Below are positions 27,714 through 32,000 of a DNA stretch of 32,000 bases, piece by piece (positions within the stretch are counted from its first letter, which is position 1; each line of letters opens with the position of its first letter). The position numbers and the translations under genes are program-made. This DNA comes from an uncultured Actinomycetes bacterium. Lineage in GTDB: Bacteria; Actinomycetota; Thermoleophilia; Gaiellales; JALYLC01. The notes under the pieces were generated by a model, which saw only the letters and a list, made by a program, of their open reading frames with translations, did not search any database and was not told the origin of the DNA. Location: the NCBI GenBank assembly GCA_963743275.1, contig CAVUPB010000006.1, positions 403,657-435,656 of the forward strand. Direction: 5' to 3'.

Positions 27714-28088
27714 GTGGCGGGCACCGCTACGCGCAGCCGGCGCCTCTCGCGCTCCGCTGACTTCGACGCCGTCTATCGCCGGGGCCGCTCGGCTTCGTCG
27801 CGCCACCTCTCGGTCTACGCGTTCGCGCGCGATCCGGGCGCCGGAGCCGGCGAGCCGCGCGTCGGGCTCACCGTGTCGCGCAAGGTCGGGGGCGCCGTCG
27901 AGCGCAATCGCGTCAAGCGGCTGCTGCGCGAGGCCGCTGCGCGCGTCGCCCCGACGCTGGCCGCCGACGTCGACCTCGTCATCGTCGCCCGCCCCGGCCT
28001 CGCCGAGGCGCTCGGCGAGGAGAAGCTCGACTGGCTCGAGGCCGAGCTGCGCCAGTTGGCCGCGCGTGCGTGTGGGAGCCCTGCGTGA
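27714..28088 (+). CDS. rnpA: Ribonuclease P protein component
   Basis: ORF track, 124 aa. RLSRSADFDAVYRRG...GLTVSRKVGGAVERNRVKRLLRE is the RnpA signature. The GTG start lies 3 nt after the rpmH stop. Confidence 0.9.
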   Translation: MAGTATRSRRLSRSADFDAVYRRGRSASSRHLSVYAFARDPGAGAGEPRVGLTVSRKVGGAVERNRVKRLLREAAARVAPTLAADVDLVIVARPGLAEALGEEKLDWLEAELRQLAARACGSPA

Positions 28089-28324
28089 GGCGTCTCGCGC
28101 TGTGGTTGCTGCTGGGTCCGATCTACCTCTGGCGCTTCGTCGTGCACGCGCTCGTGCCCGGCGGGCCCGCCACCTGCCGCTTCGAGCCCAGCTGCTCGCG
28201 CTACGCGGAGGAGGCGATCCGGGTGCACGGGCCGCTGCGCGGCTCGCTGCTCGCCCTGCGGCGGCTCAGCCGTTGCCATCCGTTCTCGCGCCATGACCCG
28301 GTCGACCCGGTGACGCCGCGATGA
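28070..28324 (+). CDS. yidD: Membrane protein insertion efficiency factor YidD
   Basis: ORF track, 84 aa. CRFEPSCSRYAEEAI..HG...G..LALRRLSRCHPF motif. The alternative in-frame GTG at 28085 overlaps the rnpA stop (GTGA) and may be the real start. Confidence 0.85.
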   Translation: MWEPCVRRLALWLLLGPIYLWRFVVHALVPGGPATCRFEPSCSRYAEEAIRVHGPLRGSLLALRRLSRCHPFSRHDPVDPVTPR

Positions 28325-29115
28325 TCCTCCCCGTCGCCAGCATCCTCAGCCCGCTCGAGGACGCGCTCCGCAGCCTGCTCTTCGGCATCCACCACCTCAC
28401 CGGCCTGCCGTGGGCGTGGACGATCATCGTGCTCACCGTGATCGTCCGGCTGGCGATCCTGCCGCTTGCGATCGTCCAGATGCGCTCGATGCGCGGGATG
28501 CAGAAGATCGCGCCCGAGCTGCAGAAGCTCAAGCAGAAGCACAAGGGCGACTCGCAGAAGCTGCAGGCCGAGATGATGGCGCTGTACCGCGAGCACGGCG
28601 TCAACCCGGTCGGGAGCTGCCTGCCGCTGATCTTCCAGCTGCCGGTCTTCATGGGCCTGTTCTTCGTGCTGCGCGGCTTCTCGCGCAACCCGCCGTCGGG
28701 CGACCTCAGCTTCCTCGGGGGGTTCATCCCGGAAAACGCCCATTTCCAGGGCATCGCCGAGCACGTCAACAACGCCGGCTGGGCCGGCTGGGTGCTGATC
28801 GCCGCCTACATCGGCAGCCAGCTGGGCTCGACGCTGCTGATGCCGACCGGCGCCGATCCGCAGCAGCAGATGATGCGGCGGCTGTTCATGGTCATGCCCT
28901 TCATCTTCGTGTTCTTCGTGATCCGCTTCCCCGTCGGCCTGATGCTGTACTGGATCTCGACCAACCTCTGGACGGTCGGCCAGCAGGCCACGCTGCGCAA
29001 GCTCATGGGCCCGCCGCCGAACCAGCCGCCGCCCAAGGAAAAGCGGTCGCCGCGCATCCCGAAGCCGACCGGCGGCAAGGGTCTGCAGGGCGCCGGGCGC
29101 ACGCGGCGGCGCTGA
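28321..29115 (+). CDS. yidC: YidC/Oxa1-family membrane protein insertase (short form)
   Basis: ORF track, 264 aa. WAWTIIVLTVIVRLAILPL...MQKIAPELQKLKQKHKGD...LYREHGVNP..GCLP. ATGA overlap with the yidD stop. Confidence 0.92.
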   Translation: MILPVASILSPLEDALRSLLFGIHHLTGLPWAWTIIVLTVIVRLAILPLAIVQMRSMRGMQKIAPELQKLKQKHKGDSQKLQAEMMALYREHGVNPVGSCLPLIFQLPVFMGLFFVLRGFSRNPPSGDLSFLGGFIPENAHFQGIAEHVNNAGWAGWVLIAAYIGSQLGSTLLMPTGADPQQQMMRRLFMVMPFIFVFFVIRFPVGLMLYWISTNLWTVGQQATLRKLMGPPPNQPPPKEKRSPRIPKPTGGKGLQGAGRTRRR

Positions 29116-29789
29116 TGGACGGCGAGCTGCGCTCGTTCGAGGCCGAGGGTGCCGGCGACGACGTGGCCGCGGCCCGTCAGGAGGCGTTGCGCGGCCTGCG
29201 CGAGCTGGCCGGCGAGATCGCCGAGGAGGACGCCGAGTTCGTCGTCGTCAGCGAGGGCGAGCGCGGGTTGATGGGCGTGGGCCGGCAGCCCGCGCGTGTC
29301 GTGGCGCGCGCGCAGGTCGCAGCGGTGGCGCTCGGCCCCATCGGCGAGCGCGTGCGCGAGGTCGTCGAGCGCATCGCCGCGGCGATCGACCCCGCGCTTG
29401 CGGTTTCGGTCGCCGAGCACGGCACGCGCGTCGTCGCCGTCGCGAGCGGCGGTGACACGGCCCGCCTGATCGGGCGCCACGGGCAGACGATCGATGCGGT
29501 CCAGCACCTGGCGGCGGCCGCTGCGCTGCCGGGAAGCGACGGCGAGTGGGAGATCGTGGTCGACACCGCCGGCTACCGCGCCCGTCGCGAGCGGCGGCTG
29601 CGCGGACTCGCGCTGAAGGCAGCGTCGCGCGCGCTGCGCGAGGGACGCGCGCAGGCGCTCGAGCCCATGTCGAGCGCGGAACGGCGCATCGTCCATACCG
29701 TGTTGCTCGACTACGACGGGGTCGAGACTGCAAGCGAGGGCCGCGATCCGGCCCGCTTCGTGGTCGTGCGCCCGCGCGATCCGGCCTGA
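29115..29789 (+). CDS. jag: Jag/KhpB-type RNA-binding protein (KH + R3H domains)
   Basis: C-terminal 224 aa of track ORF 28410..29789, from the in-frame ATG 29115 (TGATG overlap with the yidC stop). The KH-like motif LIGRHGQTIDAVQHL and the R3H-like motif LEPMSSAERRIVHTVL are present. Confidence 0.85.
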   Translation: MDGELRSFEAEGAGDDVAAARQEALRGLRELAGEIAEEDAEFVVVSEGERGLMGVGRQPARVVARAQVAAVALGPIGERVREVVERIAAAIDPALAVSVAEHGTRVVAVASGGDTARLIGRHGQTIDAVQHLAAAAALPGSDGEWEIVVDTAGYRARRERRLRGLALKAASRALREGRAQALEPMSSAERRIVHTVLLDYDGVETASEGRDPARFVVVRPRDPA

Positions 29790-29802
29790 CCCCGGCGCAG
29801 GC

Positions 29803-29818
29803 TGTTTCACGTGACACA
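29803..29818. promoter_or_regulatory. parS site (ParB binding), one mismatch
   Basis: TGTTTCACGTGACACA versus the consensus TGTTTCACGTGAAACA. Confidence 0.75.
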
Positions 29819-30539
29819 CGGGACACCGCGCGTTTCACGTGAAACGGCGTTCGATGACGCGTACTCCGTGATCGCGGCCGGCGCACCGGGGCTCTCGGCC
29901 GCGCAGCACGAACGGCTCGCGCGGCTCGTCGAACTCGTATGCGCGACGCCCGTCGGCGTCACGGCGATCCGCGATCCGGCCGAGGCCGCCGCGCGCCACG
30001 TGCTCGACGCACTCAACGGACTGGCGGCGGTCGATGCGGCGCCCGACGGGCCGCTCGCCGATGTCGGCAGCGGCGGTGGCCTGCCGGGACTCGTGCTCGG
30101 GGTCGCGCGCCCGGAGCGCGAGCTCCATCTGATCGAGGCGACGGCGCGCAAGGCCGCGTTCATCGCCGAAGCCGCCGGGCGCATCGGCGTCGGCGCGCAG
30201 ATCCACGCCGAACGCTCCGAGGACGTCGCGCGCGGCCCGCTGCGCGACGCCTGTGCATGCGTGGTGGCGCGCGCTCTCGCTCCCCCGCCGGTGGCCGCGG
30301 AGCTGTGTCTGCCGCTCTGCCGCCCCGGTGGCCGGCTCGTGCTGTGGTCGCGCGAGGCCGCGAGCGCCGATCTCGCCGCCGCTGCGGCCGCGCTGGGCGG
30401 CGAGATCGTGCCGCCGGAGTGCGCCGGCGTCCTCGTCGTCGCGAAGCGCGGCGCCACCCCGGAGCGCTTTCCGCGCAGGCCCGGCATGGCCGCGAAGCGG
30501 CCGCTGCACGCCGCCGGATCCGACCGACCGCGCCGGTAG
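29811..30539 (+). CDS. rsmG: 16S rRNA (guanine527-N7)-methyltransferase
   Basis: ORF track, 242 aa. It has an SAM-binding motif (DVGSGGGLPGLVL) and the canonical position between jag and parA. The track start GTG 29811 sits inside a parS site. The in-frame GTG 29868 would leave both parS sites intergenic and gives a more typical N-terminus. Confidence 0.85.
   Translation: MTHGTPRVSRETAFDDAYSVIAAGAPGLSAAQHERLARLVELVCATPVGVTAIRDPAEAAARHVLDALNGLAAVDAAPDGPLADVGSGGGLPGLVLGVARPERELHLIEATARKAAFIAEAAGRIGVGAQIHAERSEDVARGPLRDACACVVARALAPPPVAAELCLPLCRPGGRLVLWSREAASADLAAAAAALGGEIVPPECAGVLVVAKRGATPERFPRRPGMAAKRPLHAAGSDRPRR
29831..29846. promoter_or_regulatory. parS site (ParB binding), perfect 14-bp palindromic core
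   Basis: cGTTTCACGTGAAACg. The core GTTTCACGTGAAAC is identical to canonical parS, and only the outermost positions differ. It lies 28 bp from the first site and about 700 bp upstream of parA. Confidence 0.85.
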
Positions 30540-30542
30540 GAT
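30537..30542 (+). promoter_or_regulatory. -10 hexamer TAGGAT at -13 to -8 of the parA ATG
   Basis: Same hexamer as in front of the SPFH gene. Its TAG is the rsmG stop codon. It is one nt further from the ATG than in the other cases. Confidence 0.35.
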
Positions 30543-30549
30543 CCGGGCG

Positions 30550-31308
30550 ATGTCGCGGATCTATGCAGTGGCGAACCAGAAGGGCGGCGTGGGCAAGACC
30601 ACGACCGCCATCAACGTCGCCGCGTGCCTCGCCGAGGCGGGCACGCCCGTGCTCGTCGTCGATCTCGACCCGCAGGCCAATGCCTCGAGCGGCCTCGGTG
30701 TCCGTGCGGGCGCAACGACGTGGTCGACCTACGACCTCCTGCACGGCGTGGCCCTCGCCGACATCATCGTGCCGACGCGCATCCCCGGCCTCGACCTGGC
30801 GCCTGCGCACCCCGATCTCGCCGCGGCTGCGCTCGAGCTCCCGGGCCGTGAGAACCGCGACGCCCTGGTCGGCTCGGCCATCGCCTCGCTCGGCGATGCG
30901 TATCCCTACGTGATCCTGGATTGCCCACCGTCGCTCGGCCTGCTCACGATCAACGCGCTCGCGGCCGCGAACCGCCTGATCGTGCCCGTGCAGTGCGAGT
31001 ACTACGCGCTCGAAGGGCTCGCGCAGCTGCTCGAGAGCGTCGAGCGCATCCGCGGCGCGCTCAACCCCGGCCTCGCGCTGACCGGGCTGCTGCTGACGAT
31101 GTACGACCGGCGCACACGCCTGTCCGGCGACGTCGAGCGCGAGGTGCGCACGCACTTCGGGCCGAAGGTCTTCGCGTCGGTCGTCCCGCGCTCCGTGCGC
31201 CTCGCCGAAGCGCCCAGCCATGGGCTCCCGATCACGCAATACGACCCGAACTCGCGCAGCGCCGACGCCTACTACCGGCTCGCGCTCGAGGTCGTCGAAC
31301 GTGGATAG
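30550..31308 (+). CDS. parA: Chromosome partitioning ATPase ParA/Soj
   Basis: C-terminal 252 aa of track ORF 30253..31308, from the in-frame ATG 30550: MSRIYAVANQKGGVGKTTTAINVAA (deviant Walker A)...VVDLDPQANAS...ILDCPPSLG. Confidence 0.95.
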   Translation: MSRIYAVANQKGGVGKTTTAINVAACLAEAGTPVLVVDLDPQANASSGLGVRAGATTWSTYDLLHGVALADIIVPTRIPGLDLAPAHPDLAAAALELPGRENRDALVGSAIASLGDAYPYVILDCPPSLGLLTINALAAANRLIVPVQCEYYALEGLAQLLESVERIRGALNPGLALTGLLLTMYDRRTRLSGDVEREVRTHFGPKVFASVVPRSVRLAEAPSHGLPITQYDPNSRSADAYYRLALEVVERG

Positions 31309-32000
31309 CGCTCCGCCGCGGCGCGGTCTCGGACAGGGCCTCGCGCTGCTGCTGGGCGAGCCGCAGTCGCGCGCGAACGGCTCGCTGCGCGAGATCCCCG
31401 TCGATCAGATCTCGCCCAACCCGCGCCAGCCGCGCGCCCGCATCGACGAGGAGCGCTTCGCCGAGCTCGTCGAGAGCGTGCGGCACGACGGCATCGTGCA
31501 GCCGCTGCTCGTGCGCGGGGTCGACGCCGGCTGGGAGCTGATCGCAGGCGAGCGCCGCTGGCGCGCCGCGCAGGCCGCGGGCATGACGACGGTGCCGGCG
31601 CTCGTGCGCGAGGCCGACGACCGCACCTCGCTCGCGCTCTCGCTCGTCGAGAACATCGTGCGCGCCGACCTCGACCCGGTCGAGCAGGCGCGCGGCTATG
31701 CGCGGCTCCAGGACGAGTTCGGCCTCTCGCACGCCGAGGTCGCGACCGCGGTCGGCCGCAGCCGCACGGCCGTCGTCAACGCGACCCGGCTGCTGGGGCT
31801 GCCCGACGAGGTGCTCGATCTGCTCGAGCGCGGCGAGCTGAGCGAGGGCCACGGCCGCGCGCTGCTGCAGATCGACGGTCAGGACGAGCGCCGGGCGGCG
31901 GCCCGCGCGGTCGTCGAGGGCGGGCTGAGCGTGCGCCAGACCGAGGCGCTGGCGCGGACGCGCGGTCGCTCGGCCCCGCGCCGCGCGCAGACCGCGCCGG
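31301..32000 (+). CDS. parB: Chromosome partitioning protein ParB/Spo0J (3' end beyond the window)
   Basis: Own translation from GTG 31301 (8-nt overlap with the parA stop): VDSAPPRRGLGQGLALLLGE...IPVDQISPNPRQPRARIDEERFAELVESVRHDGIVQPLLVR...ELIAGERRWRAAQAAG...VENIVRADLDPVEQARGY. The ParB-box GERRWRA and the HTH region are present. The frame is open to the right edge. Confidence 0.93.
   Translation, partial: MDSAPPRRGLGQGLALLLGEPQSRANGSLREIPVDQISPNPRQPRARIDEERFAELVESVRHDGIVQPLLVRGVDAGWELIAGERRWRAAQAAGMTTVPALVREADDRTSLALSLVENIVRADLDPVEQARGYARLQDEFGLSHAEVATAVGRSRTAVVNATRLLGLPDEVLDLLERGELSEGHGRALLQIDGQDERRAAARAVVEGGLSVRQTEALARTRGRSAPRRAQTAP

Overview
Very GC-rich, tightly packed chromosomal replication-origin neighbourhood with actinobacterial-type synteny; third codon positions are almost uniformly G/C. 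On the right, on the + strand: rpmH-rnpA-yidD-yidC-jag-rsmG-parA-parB. Divergent from these, on the - strand: dnaA-dnaN-recF-DUF721-gyrB-gyrA. Left of gyrA, from right to left: an NfeD/SPFH (stomatin-like) pair; a secreted PGRP-type amidase with FlgD-Ig-like repeats; a bioD-like gene and birA; a fabZ-fabD-fabG-fabF operon with no acpP or fabH in it; an atypical GntR-like regulator; accD-accA; a CaCA cation/H+ antiporter translationally coupled to an ANTAR response regulator and a cytoplasmic GAF/HisKA_2 histidine kinase (PdtaS/PdtaR-like); an HNH endonuclease; DUF4446; a CARDB-like lipoprotein; and the 5' part of a Ser/Thr kinase. I call 33 CDS. The kinase and parB are edge-truncated and rpmH is too short for the track, so these three came from my own translation. 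Several starts are re-assigned: the histidine kinase, GntR, fabG, fabD, fabZ, birA, the amidase, recF, jag and parA. I saw no tRNA, rRNA, CRISPR array, transposase or integrase. The long alternative-frame ORFs in the track, with Arg/Ala/Pro-rich translations, are high-GC artefacts. The only sizeable non-coding gaps flank dnaA (25288-25868 and 27249-27575) and carry DnaA-box-like motifs. A pair of parS sites sits in front of rsmG. I did not find a convincing novel multi-gene system such as a defence island; this looks like core housekeeping DNA. The signals least explained by the annotation are: (1) a ~430-nt GC-rich, hairpin-dense part of the dnaA-dnaN spacer with almost no DnaA boxes; (2) a possible bipartite origin, with a box/trio/AT-rich module next to dnaN but the best DnaA box upstream of dnaA; (3) repeated TANNNT hexamers placed at -12 to -7 (one at -13 to -8) from start codons, implying leaderless mRNAs; (4) a sharp drop in GC3 confined to the QRDR-encoding part of gyrA; (5) a long Toprim insertion and a perfect 22-bp repeat in gyrB. 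A deep-branching Actinomycetota origin is only a guess from composition and synteny.
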